Assembly: GCA_010015585.1 (NCBI GenBank)
Contig: ML975165.1
DNA: 64,000 bases
Direction: 5' to 3' (one strand)
Origin: Eremomyces bilateralis CBS 781.70
Taxonomy: Eukaryota
Part shown: in pieces, positions 36,317 through 47,270 of the stretch
Layout: every line of letters starts with the position of its first letter
How positions within the stretch are numbered: the first letter of the stretch is position 1
Notes under the pieces: generated by a model
Database searches by the model: none
What the model was told of the DNA's origin: nothing
Seen by the model: the letters and a program-made list of their open reading frames with translations, nothing else
Program-made: the position numbers and the translations under genes

Positions 36317-39300
36317 GACTAGCTAAAGTCACAGAAGAAAAATTGAGCCGAAGACGGTTCTCAAAAACCAAAGTTTCAGATCCGAGTCGAACGGGTTCGA
36401 AGCGTGGGGAGTGTCGAAGAGTGATGAGTGCGTGGTTGGAGGCCTTGATCTCGAGATGTTGGGGAGGTGGCAGCGGGTGAGTTGGCTAGCAGTAGTGGTA
36501 GTTTAGGGCGGGGCGGAGCGGAACGGTGTGCGCGTGCCGTGCAGTAGTTCTGGATAGTGAAGATCTGCTGATCTCTGAGAGTTGACGGCGCTTAGAGGAC
36601 AGTGGCTTGTAGTACAACTTTCTGGTTGTGCCGCACACAATCCGTGAAAGAGAAATCGGAGGGTAATGACGAGCGAGACAAAGAAGATCTGTCGGCTTTG
36701 GGGGTGGGTGGGAGGAGAGATTCGAGCACGCGAAAGATCAAGGACCACGTCGATTCAGGACCGAGGAGAGAGGGAGAAGGGAAGAGGCGGGGAACGAGAG
36801 GTGAAGAAGAGAACGGAAGAGAGAGAGAGGAGGGAAAAGATATTTTGAGGCTCAGGTGAAGAATTGTCCAGCGAAATAATGGAATTCTATTGGTCCGATT
36901 GGCGGTGAGTGTGGCGGTGCGGGTGACGAGTGGTGTGGCTGTGTGGCACAGTTCCGCCGAAAAGAGTACGTGAGGCAATAAGGCAATAAGAACCTCATCG
37001 TCGTCATCAACAAATCATTCTTACTAGATAATAGCATCATTCTCAACCACCATGGTAGGTAAACACTCAGTTAAGTAAGATAGTTAGATGCAATAATCAA
37101 TCTACACTAACAGTGGCATTTCTTGACTCGAAAATCATTTCAGTCGATTGATTTCACTATCCTCATTACAACAACGCGCTCAAAATATCTCGTCTTCTTA
37201 ACTTTTTTTTTTGAAGTCAACATTCAGCGTGCAGCAGCATACAGACAGCCATAACCGTCATTCTATATGTTATTATTCCCTGAATGAGAGCCATTTCCAT
37301 GTCAGCGTGTTGAATTCTTTGGCCATAGGCTACTCTTCTGTAACAGGTAAATTTACCGGTCAATTCAAAGCAAGGCCTCTGATTATTGCAGATACTCTAG
37401 CACCATAATGACAGTGAAATTGACTTGTCTGACGGTCTGAATCTACAATGTACATAGGGATAGTTATAAAACTTTGACTACTACTGAAGATGACGTGCAT
37501 GGCAAAGGACCTGTATATACCAGACGTCTACCAAAAGTCTGGAGACACACTGATATGTGAGGTAGTAATCCAACCTCTAGCGCTATCCATGTCTATACGG
37601 AATCAGTTTATACTTTATACATCAGGCATTCACCCTCCAGCATTTGTCGCTCCGCTTTTCGCATCACCCTTACCCCTACCCGTCCATCAACCATTAATCT
37701 ACTTGCGACATCGTCGGCGGATGATCGACTCCTAGCATATGCGGACAGCCATGGAATTACCTGGTGAAGAGTCAGGCCATTCACCCTGTACCGACCATCG
37801 ATACCCACGCCGGTTGTCCTAGGATGTGATAGAGGCATTCACATTGCTCGGAGCGGCAGTCAGTAATAATGTGAAGATCTTGATATCTAAGGCGCATGTT
37901 TTGACGTGGATATGCGACATGGATGCGGATTCGGTGCGGAATGAGGAAGTCGTGGAGTCTAAGCGTGGTGCAACGGGATGATGACCGGACGATACCACAT
38001 TTCCGTTTAGTGACAGATTACCACCCATAAATTTGCGAAGGATGCGTAGGTATACTACACAATATTATGCTACGATTAATCCATGTGGTGTTATAGTGAG
38101 GGAGGAAGGGGAACATCGAGGCTGCAGTTCCTTTCATGTGGCATGGGACTCGTGATGCAGCCATTCTGTTGAGGTGAGAGGTGGTGTCAGGCACCGATCG
38201 TTGATTGGATGGTCGTTAAAAGGTACCCTACTTTAGAGTCCTTGTAACCCCCTGTCCAATCCCTGTTTCGGTGATACCATTGGTTGGTCTGCATTTTAGC
38301 ATTCACTGATGTTTCAGCGTGTGGTGTTCTCTCCGCCCTCAAGTTATCCAGTCAGAATCAGATGCAGTGGGATCTGGAGAACTGTTGGATAAGTTCATTG
38401 GAATTGGAGGAGCGGATCGAGGGTCGTCCCGGAAGATCCCGTGGTTCCCGGGACGATGGGATGGAATCAGGGAAGTAGAGTCAGATGAGATTCTGGAGAA
38501 GCGGGGGGAAAGTGATTGCACGGGAGGGAGTGTATGTGTCCAGGTCGCCGGATCACAATCATATTATTCCTGTTGTACATGTACAGGAACACCAGACCGA
38601 TTACATAATCTGGACCAGCTCTCCTCCACCCTTTTCAATGTTCACACGTGCAATTCGGCTGAAGTATGAAGGGTGCCACGACAGTCGACAGCAGCAGTCA
38701 GCATGCCAGGATGGATGTGCATCCCGGGATTGACGATGGCCTTCAGATTGATTGCTGCTGATCGTGGTGATAGACGACACAAGGAATGGCAATCAGCTCA
38801 ATGAACTCGTTCCCGGACTTCTGCCATATTATTTCCCACTTCAGGCCTCTCCATACGAAGCGATTGGACATCGGCTGAACGGTGATCCACGACGTCGGTG
38901 ATTGCCCTAAGTACCGCACCTCTCTAAAGATGATTGGAAGTCTCGGGCCCATTCGGCCTCGATATCGGTATAAATCTTCATTGTTTGTCAATCTGGGCAA
39001 AGAGATGCCACGCAAACCTCAAAATGTCTATCAATCTGCATTCCCTCTCAGCCAACAAACAGTATCAACTACCAAAACGAGCCACCGAACGTCCTGTCCA
39101 GCGTCCGCATTCCTAGGAGATCTGCGGTAAACAATGAACGACTGGTCCCTGTGGCGCCACGCTAGCACCGGCTGGCTGCAAATCGCGCACGTTTTCCGAT
39201 CTAACATCTGAAAACCAAAAAGTCAAAACCGTGGAATTATCAGAATTCGGACGGGATGCCTTGCGTTGCTGCAATTCACAATTGGGTCGAGCGGGAAAAA

Positions 39301-40432
39301 GGGGACGCGATGCATGCTTTAGCCGGATGTTCTTTGGCGCGACAGCTATTGCTTCAATGCCTGGTCGGTTGGGTCTTTGCCCTTTGGCGTTGGTCGGATG
39401 TCTTGCACACGGCTCCCCAGTCGCCACGATTCCACAACCACCATTTCGAGGATCCAGGCTGTCAATTGCTGTACCCCTGACCACGCGTGCTGCAGTCTGC
39501 AGGAGAACGGGGAGGACAACCTGAATGTTGGCGGTTGACCGGTCTAATTACCTACCGTGCCTGGACTCAGTAATTCGGCATAGGTATGCCCTGCAGACGG
39601 AACGACATGTAGTAATCTGTAATAGCCGCTGTGGATGGGATGATTCGGTGGTGGAAGTGGAGATGAATCTCGTCCCTCGTAGCGGTTCTCCCTCAACCCC
39701 TGAACCCTCCTTTGTTCTCGCGTGCCGTTTTTCCTCCCCCAATCCCTCCACTCCCCGTTCACCACCACGCATCTGGCATCCCTAATCCCTTCGCTGAGTA
39801 GTGGTGAATTCCCTCCGGCTATCAATCCTCATTTGCTTTCCCCAAAATTTCTCCAGAAAGATTCGCTCCTTTCCATTCCAAGCCTCCAGCGCTTGACAAC
39901 GCCCAGTTCACCCCCGTTGCTGACCACCACCTATCCTGTCACAAACTCTCTTCCATCCAATCTGCTTCTCTGCAGCCACCCGTCCGTTCTCTGGAACTGC
40001 CATTCCTTCGGGTGCGCTTCTCGATCCCCCCTCCCTTCCTATCAGCGCGACGTGCCACACATCTGCAGTTCTGCAACCAGCAGCACCGCTTGCCAACGTT
40101 CGACGCGGCCAATTGCACATCGACGCGCTCTAATACGTCTACCAGTTGCCAGGCGGACAGACACCAGGTTACAGAAACGGTTGAGCTAGGACCGCTTCCA
40201 CACGCCAACCAAACGTCGACCTGTCCGGTTCACAGCATTCGATGTATAATCGGAAGTCATAGTGTATGCAGGATTCAGTTTCATCGCTGCCGGACACATT
40301 CCTAGTGCGGCTTGTGCTTCTATCTAGCCGAGAAGAAACCTGAGTTGACGGAACCGTGATGTTGGTGCGGCTGGTGGCCCTGACTGTAACTTGTATTTAG
40401 AGTTTCTCTCTCCTTTCTCCCCTTCTCCCGCG

Positions 40433-43400
40433 ATGGAGTCTTCTTCTAGCCGTACCTCTGTCCCACCTCGATCCACCTCCTCGACATCCGCCTCCACCTC
40501 CCACCGCCCTCGAAATCGCCCTCGCCGCTCTCGCGAAGCCCCTTCGTCGTCTCGGCACCGCGAAAACGACATCGATGAGGACCTCTCCCCTCCGCAGACC
40601 CCGAAAGCGCGCAATCCGGGCAAATCGTCTAGCCGGTCACATCGTCGGGATTCCGAGCGGATGCGCCGGCTCAATACACACGCCGCACCACACGAGACGT
40701 TCCTCGATGACATAACCCCCGTGGACGGTCCGTCGTATGAGTCGCTGGCTCGCCATCAGCGCGACTGTTATCGTGACGACGAGGAGTTCGATCCACGGGA
40801 CTCACACGACTTGACGTACGGCAACCTCACGCGGAACTCCGTGGTCGATAACATGTTGCTGTCGCTGGACTCGTTCGGGATGGGCGACATCGTCATGCCC
40901 GGGAGCTTTCCCTCTGGATCGCCCACCACGCCGACATTTTACGAGGGTGAGAACGACTCGCGGTATGGGACCACTCCAGCAACCAATGGGAATACCGGAC
41001 GGTACCGTGGACATACATATACCTCCTCATACTCCTCCGACTATGACTTGCAGCAAGCCGAATATATGGGTCGTCGATCGTCGAGCCAATATGCACCAGC
41101 AAAAAATGGATTGCATCTTTCATCGGCGCGGACGAGTCCGGAACGACGGCATCGAGGCGGGTATGCCGATTCGGGTGCGACGGCGTCGCATGCTCGCAGT
41201 CGTGGGAAGAAAGGGAGCAAGGGGAGCGGGTCGTCGAGTCTCGATTACGGCTACCACCAGGTTCTCGGATCGATGCGACGGTCCGGAGGACTGGGAAGCC
41301 GGTCGGCAAGCTTCGACCAAGGATACGAGAGACTGGTGAAGTCGACGTCCGCGACTCAGCCGGATGGAATGAGGAAAGGCGGACTGCACAAGACAACGAC
41401 CGCACCCGACCGCGACCATGGGAGAATGCAACACCAACAGCAACATTACCAGTATCCGCAATCACCGGTTGAAATTGGCGGAGGACAAGGAATGGATTAT
41501 TACAGCAATTTCGATGCTGCACCGACGCCGACGGTTCCTGCTGGGCCTCGTCGCGGCACCCCCCTGGCCTCCCCCGCTACTGCAGGAACACCCACCGCAC
41601 CGAATTATCCCCCACCACTCCCGCCATCCTACGCACCGCCCGCACCGCCTGTGCGAAAGAATTCCGCCAAATCCTCCAGTAGTCGGATGGGCCGAAAAAA
41701 GAAAGCGGCCGCCGTGCAGGCCTCCAAAGAGGCCCTCGGCACCGCGACACTGAAAGGCAGCGGGAGGAATCATAAGGAGCAGGGTAATCTGCCCTCGGCC
41801 GACGAATCCCAGCTCGACCAGCTCTTCTCCCCGGTCGACAATAACCATGGAGGGCCGGGCGCCAACCCTTCCTCGCTGATCGCGGGCGCAGGTGCGGGCT
41901 CCTCGGATCTAGCAGCGCCCAGTCCCAATGTTTCCTTCCACAAGTCGTCGACCGCCATCCCGTCAGGCCAAGCCCTGCCCTCGACCACCGCTCCCAAGGA
42001 CACGCGACCTGGCTTCTTTCGACGCGTATTCGGCTCCTCGAAGAACAATTCCGCGCAGCAGGCTCAGCAGCAGCAGGAGCAATTGCGCGCGCAGCAGCAG
42101 AAACAACTGCAGGTGCAGTTGGAAAATGCACAGAGCTTGAACGTGCTGACGTACCGGCCGACGTCACCACCGGCATCGTCGCCATCGCCGCAGCAGCAGC
42201 CGTCATCACGCAACGCCGACATGCATCATTTCCGACCCTCCCGCCGTCCGAAGACGCAGCCGAGTTCCAGCCACATCGCCGGCCAGCTGAAGACATCGCC
42301 GACGGCTCCACCGCCCACGGCGACCCACCCCAACCCCACCTCGTCCTCCCCACACGGTGCGTCCAAAGGTCGACATTCGATCTCGCGGCCGTCGACGCAC
42401 GATGAAAACGAGGAGATGCCGATGCCCGCGCCGCCGCAGACGCTGGTGAAGAAAGGCTCCTCGTTCTTCCGGCGGCGGAAGAAGAGCTTTGTGACGGAGA
42501 CGCCGCCGGTGCCGCAGTCGCTGCAACCGGCGCCGCCGTCGAGGACGGGAAGGCCGCCGATGTCATCGTCGTCAAGACAGACGCAGAGCAGAGGGGAGGG
42601 CGATCACCTCGCCGAAGCGAATGGGAGACCGTCGGAGTCGGTGCCGCAGCCGCTGAGTCCAAGCATCAGCAGCCTGAGGAAGGTGATGGATCCATTCCTA
42701 ACTCACGGCAACGGGGTCGAAGGTGCGGTGGATGGGCATTTAAAGAAAGACACATCGGCGGCCGGGACGGTCGGAGACGTCAAGAGCCCCCAAGATCTTT
42801 ATTTCGACTCCCGCGAAATGCAATCGCCAACCCTCGCGGACAAGGATGCCATGTCCGCCAACGCAAACGCGGAAATAAACCCATCATCAAACGGCGACAG
42901 TGGAGCAACGGCTCGATTCGCGCAGATGGTTGGTGCCGCCGATCGTACAAGCGCCGACGCACCCCGCGACGTTGTGAGACCCTCGACGGGCATCGAGACA
43001 GGCATGTCGTCAGGGAGCACCACCACGGCATCCTCCACCCTCCCCGCAACGAAACCTCCCTCCCGCCACACCCTACACGACCGCCCCGCCTCCTCCCACC
43101 CCAACCTAACCGAGAAGCTCTTCTCCAACCCCCGCTCGACCAGCACCCCCGACAGCCAGCGCCTAAAGCTCAAGATGCGGCATCCAGGCAGTACGAACAC
43201 CGCGCACCGCAGCCGCAGTCCGCCGAAACCCCTCCCGCACGACGACTCGACATCATTCCTCGCGGATAGTTCCGGGCCTGAAGACCGCAGCGGGCGCCCG
43301 AGCCCCGTGCCGCAGACGTTCACGCACCTTAGTAGTCGGTCGAGCGCAGTGACAGAGGGAAGCATCAATCAGAGCGGGACGCCGAGTCCGACGTTCGGAT

Positions 43401-46400
43401 TGCCGGAGGAGCAGCAGCAACATCAGCAGCAGCGTAGCGGGAAGGAGAACGTACATCCGCGACAGGAGAAGCGGTATCAAGCAGGCACGAGAACCGGTGA
43501 CGAGGATAAGCTCAGCCCAATCCTATCTACCGCCGGCTCCCCCCGGTTGCGGGATGCGAACCACAACGTCGGAAACCTCGCCGTCGATGCCAACACGAAC
43601 GCCACGCACCTCTCCCTCGACTCGGCGTCCAGCTCCCCGCGCGAGACATCACCGGGGACAGGCACCCCGTCGCGGACCTCGCGCAGCCCGATACGGGCGG
43701 GTCAGCCCGAGTGGCCGAAGCGCACGGCGAGCTTGTCCGGGCGATCGGGCAGTGCGACGTCACGGAGTAATCGGGTGTGGTTGGAGCCAAGTAGCAGTGA
43801 GGAGAAGTTGGCCGGGGTAGAGGATGATAAGCCGAAGAAGATTAATAACAAGGTTGTAGTGGATGATGAGTATGATGAGGACGAGGACGAGAGGTTGAAG
43901 TTGCCGATGGAGGGGGTGCGCGCGGTGCGCGTGGCGAGTGCGGTGCGGGAGGGTGAGGAGACGGGGATGGATTTGAGCGCGCTGGATGCGCTGGATGGGG
44001 TCAGTCCGGTGAGCACGGATGCGAACGCGAATGAGGAGTTTGCGAGCGCGACTAGCCTGCCGGTCGTGAGAGTCGACACACAAGAAGAGGAACCGAAAGA
44101 TGAGGAGAAGGACCCCCTTCCGATCGACCAGGAGCCCGACGACGAGGACCGAGAACACGCGCAGAAGATATTCGATGGGGACGAGTCGTTCCTCAAGAAG
44201 GATCTAGCGGCGGCGTGGTTGGGTGAACGGGTGCCCAGGCACGCGCGGACGAGGAAGGCGTATATGGAGCTGTTCGACTGGAGCGGCTACAATATCTTGC
44301 TGGCATTCCGCGATCTCTGCACTCGTCTTGTGGTCAAGGCCGAGTCGCAGCAGCTTGATCGTGTCATCGATGCGTTCTCGCAGCGATGGTGTGCGTGCAA
44401 TCTCAGCCACGGATTCAAATCGCCGGATGTCGTGCACACGATTGCATACTCCATCCTCATGCTTAACACGGATCTTCATATCGCGGACATCAATGAGAGG
44501 ATGACGCGGTCTCAATTCGTCAAGAACACGCTCCCTACCATCCGCCGTATCGCTGACGAATCTGCCGGTGACCTTCAAGTGGAAGAAGTCACCACCATTC
44601 GTCCGACGAGCACGCAGATCCGCTTCCCTCTTCCTTGGAGCCAAGATTCCGATACGAACAAGACTTCCTCCAGCCCTACCAGCCCTAACTTCCCGGCCAC
44701 CGATGCGGTAGACACGATCCGCGGCTCGCTCGACGCCAAACGCCGTTCGCGGAGCTCCCCGCATGTTCGCGGCCTCGCCAACGGTTCCTTCCGGTCCGAA
44801 TCTGACGGAGCCGCTCCGCTCGACACCCAGAACCCCGGCGACGCATGCACGGTGCTCGTGCACACCCCGTACAAAGGCAACATGAAAGGCTGGGAAGCCC
44901 AACTGGAGGTCGTCCTCCGCGAATTCTACAACAGCATCCGCGCACAGCGTCTGCCACTCCACGGCGTCACTACAGCCAACGGCCACATGCTTGGCGAGCA
45001 GCAGTCAAACAACAGCTTGGCTGTCATGGCCGGGAACGTCCTCCGTCGCACGCCGTCCGTCCTCAGCAAGGCGCCCTCTGACACCGTATCCTACCGCGGC
45101 CGCGCCGACCTGCGCAGTATGACCGGACGGTGGATGCCGAGCAAGACGCGCAGTCGCCCGCGGCTGACGCCCGGCCTCACGAGCAGCAGCACGATGGGAT
45201 CGAGCAGTCGGACGAGCTTCGACGACGGCAGCGTTTGGTCGCCAGCCACCAGCCACAGTACGTGGAGCAAGTACCGGCACAATAGCTTCATGAGCGTCGA
45301 GAGCCTCGGGAGCATGAGCAACGCGGCGGACTATCAGCGGAGCATCGGGTTCGCGAACGCGCTGTCGCAGGCGATCGTTCGGGAGGGATCGATGAACTTC
45401 GGGGGGTCGGCGGTGAATTTGTCAGAGGAGATGGGGAACGGTGGGGTGGCTCTGTTGGAGGATGAGTCGTTGGAGCTGGAAGGGCCACCGTGGGCGAAGG
45501 AAGGAATCTTGCAGCATCGGCATCATCTGGAGCGGGTGGACCGCGCAGGGAAAGACAGCAAGAAAGACAAGGGATGGGCGGAGGCGTTTGCCGTCATCGA
45601 GAAGGGCGTCATGCGGCTCTTCCTGTTCAAACATGGCGCTGGCAAGGATTCGTCTTCCGCCATGTCCAAATCCCTCCGCATCCGCAGCAAGAAACACCTC
45701 TCGAATCTCGTTTCCGGGTCGTCCAGTTCTTCCTCTTCGCCGGCCCCCTTCGCCCCTGTCGGCGGCGGCAACTGGCTCGACAATGCCGAACCGGCCGGCG
45801 AGTTCCTTCTCCGGCAAACCATCGCATCCGCCCTCCCTCCACCAGGTTTCTCACCGTCGCGATCACATGTCTGGGCACTCAGCCTTCCCACCGGCGCCGT
45901 CCACCTGTTCCAGGCAGGAACTCCCGAGATGGTCGTCGAGTGGGTCACCACCGCGAACTACTGGTCCGCACGCCTCAGCAAAGCGCCGCTGGGCGAGGCG
46001 GTTAGCAACGTGGAATATGGATGGGGCGATGGGTTGTTAAACGCGTCTCAGCAGCGCACCCGAACCTCCACGCCGACCGGCGAAACCCCACCGACGTCTC
46101 AAGGCCGCACATCGCGGCAGTCGATCGCGACGGTGGACATGCGGCGACCGAGCACCACCAGCGCCGTCGGACTCCCGCGGCCCAGCTTCGCGTCCCACGA
46201 CACGGCGCGCACGTCCTTCGAAGCCAGCTTCAGCGCCTCCAACTCCGCCGTCCGCAGTGGAACCCGCCCCGGTGACCGCGCGACCGTCCACGAGTGGCAG
46301 CAGCCCACTGCCAGCATGATGGCGTCCAACCTGAGCGAAGCCGAGCAGCTGGCCACGCTGACCGCGTACGTTACCACGGTCGAGCAGGAGCTCGTGACGC

Positions 46401-46687
46401 ATAATGAGCTGCGGGCGGCGATGCGGCACGTGTTCAGTGCGCGGCACGCGAACACGGTGCGGGCGATGAATAACTGGGAGCGGAAGAGCAGCTACTTGTT
46501 GAGGGAGATTGTGAAGTGGAGGACGTATGTGGAGGGGTTGAAGGAGGCGGGAGAGCGGAAGAGGGGGGTGGATGAGAAGCGGGAGAAGGCGAGGATTGAG
46601 AAAGGGGAGGCGGAGAAAGAAGAGAAAGGGAGCGTGGAGAATGAGGAAGTCGAGACGGAAGAGAAGGTGGATGAGATACCCTCGTAG
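40433..46687 (+). CDS. Sec7-domain Arf GEF with PH domain (Syt1/EFA6-like) and long low-complexity N-terminus
   Basis: Sec7: YMELFDWSGYNILLAFRDLC..KAESQQLDRVIDAFSQRW, HTIAYSILMLNTDLH, MTRSQFVKNT. PH: GPPWAKEGIL, HVWALSLPTGAVHLFQAGT..EWVTTANYWSARLSK. C-terminal NWERKSSYLLREIVKW. Confidence 0.92.
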   Translation: MESSSSRTSVPPRSTSSTSASTSHRPRNRPRRSREAPSSSRHRENDIDEDLSPPQTPKARNPGKSSSRSHRRDSERMRRLNTHAAPHETFLDDITPVDGPSYESLARHQRDCYRDDEEFDPRDSHDLTYGNLTRNSVVDNMLLSLDSFGMGDIVMPGSFPSGSPTTPTFYEGENDSRYGTTPATNGNTGRYRGHTYTSSYSSDYDLQQAEYMGRRSSSQYAPAKNGLHLSSARTSPERRHRGGYADSGATASHARSRGKKGSKGSGSSSLDYGYHQVLGSMRRSGGLGSRSASFDQGYERLVKSTSATQPDGMRKGGLHKTTTAPDRDHGRMQHQQQHYQYPQSPVEIGGGQGMDYYSNFDAAPTPTVPAGPRRGTPLASPATAGTPTAPNYPPPLPPSYAPPAPPVRKNSAKSSSSRMGRKKKAAAVQASKEALGTATLKGSGRNHKEQGNLPSADESQLDQLFSPVDNNHGGPGANPSSLIAGAGAGSSDLAAPSPNVSFHKSSTAIPSGQALPSTTAPKDTRPGFFRRVFGSSKNNSAQQAQQQQEQLRAQQQKQLQVQLENAQSLNVLTYRPTSPPASSPSPQQQPSSRNADMHHFRPSRRPKTQPSSSHIAGQLKTSPTAPPPTATHPNPTSSSPHGASKGRHSISRPSTHDENEEMPMPAPPQTLVKKGSSFFRRRKKSFVTETPPVPQSLQPAPPSRTGRPPMSSSSRQTQSRGEGDHLAEANGRPSESVPQPLSPSISSLRKVMDPFLTHGNGVEGAVDGHLKKDTSAAGTVGDVKSPQDLYFDSREMQSPTLADKDAMSANANAEINPSSNGDSGATARFAQMVGAADRTSADAPRDVVRPSTGIETGMSSGSTTTASSTLPATKPPSRHTLHDRPASSHPNLTEKLFSNPRSTSTPDSQRLKLKMRHPGSTNTAHRSRSPPKPLPHDDSTSFLADSSGPEDRSGRPSPVPQTFTHLSSRSSAVTEGSINQSGTPSPTFGLPEEQQQHQQQRSGKENVHPRQEKRYQAGTRTGDEDKLSPILSTAGSPRLRDANHNVGNLAVDANTNATHLSLDSASSSPRETSPGTGTPSRTSRSPIRAGQPEWPKRTASLSGRSGSATSRSNRVWLEPSSSEEKLAGVEDDKPKKINNKVVVDDEYDEDEDERLKLPMEGVRAVRVASAVREGEETGMDLSALDALDGVSPVSTDANANEEFASATSLPVVRVDTQEEEPKDEEKDPLPIDQEPDDEDREHAQKIFDGDESFLKKDLAAAWLGERVPRHARTRKAYMELFDWSGYNILLAFRDLCTRLVVKAESQQLDRVIDAFSQRWCACNLSHGFKSPDVVHTIAYSILMLNTDLHIADINERMTRSQFVKNTLPTIRRIADESAGDLQVEEVTTIRPTSTQIRFPLPWSQDSDTNKTSSSPTSPNFPATDAVDTIRGSLDAKRRSRSSPHVRGLANGSFRSESDGAAPLDTQNPGDACTVLVHTPYKGNMKGWEAQLEVVLREFYNSIRAQRLPLHGVTTANGHMLGEQQSNNSLAVMAGNVLRRTPSVLSKAPSDTVSYRGRADLRSMTGRWMPSKTRSRPRLTPGLTSSSTMGSSSRTSFDDGSVWSPATSHSTWSKYRHNSFMSVESLGSMSNAADYQRSIGFANALSQAIVREGSMNFGGSAVNLSEEMGNGGVALLEDESLELEGPPWAKEGILQHRHHLERVDRAGKDSKKDKGWAEAFAVIEKGVMRLFLFKHGAGKDSSSAMSKSLRIRSKKHLSNLVSGSSSSSSSPAPFAPVGGGNWLDNAEPAGEFLLRQTIASALPPPGFSPSRSHVWALSLPTGAVHLFQAGTPEMVVEWVTTANYWSARLSKAPLGEAVSNVEYGWGDGLLNASQQRTRTSTPTGETPPTSQGRTSRQSIATVDMRRPSTTSAVGLPRPSFASHDTARTSFEASFSASNSAVRSGTRPGDRATVHEWQQPTASMMASNLSEAEQLATLTAYVTTVEQELVTHNELRAAMRHVFSARHANTVRAMNNWERKSSYLLREIVKWRTYVEGLKEAGERKRGVDEKREKARIEKGEAEKEEKGSVENEEVETEEKVDEIPS

Positions 46688-47270
46688 ATATTTGGTTTCT
46701 GGACACGAGATGGGACGACACTCGTTCCATTGTTTTTAATCGTCACTATTACTTGCGCATGGTCTGGGAAAATGGGGTTAGCGCGTCGGATATTTCGTCC
46801 TCTGGTTTATTGAGGACACCGGCGGCTCGCTCAGCTATCGTGTAATATCAGTAGCATTGTTCTTCATTCCTTGGATGCTGATGCCGCTGTCATCGTCACA
46901 GCAAACATGTTGCATATGGGTACTGTGGCATTGCTTGCCTTCATGGAGGGCGACAGTTTAGTTGGCCTATTTCTGCTGTATTTCTAGTACGGGATGAAAA
47001 GGATACGGTCGGGTACGCTTCAATTGGCATCGAAGCAAATGAAAAATGTACAGAAGATTTAAAGATATGATTATCTGCACTAGACTTAAGGCTGGCTCTC
47101 TTTCAACTTGGATGATGTCCGATCATTGGAGTGTTTGTCAAAACTTTTCCTGAAGTTCCGTATGAACTCCTAGCTGCTCAACGGCACCGTAGGACAGACG
47201 GATTGCAATGATCGGGAAGGTACATGAACCAATGGACAAATCTCCATTCATCTGTAACAGCTGCATAACA

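Noticed and set aside
36560..36645. H/ACA snoRNA-like pattern (AGAGGA, hairpin, ACA)
   Set aside because: The hairpin is too short and has no proper pseudouridylation pocket 14-16 nt from the ACA.
41577..44986. Long minus-strand ORFs inside the Sec7 gene
   Set aside because: Antisense shadows with low-complexity translations.
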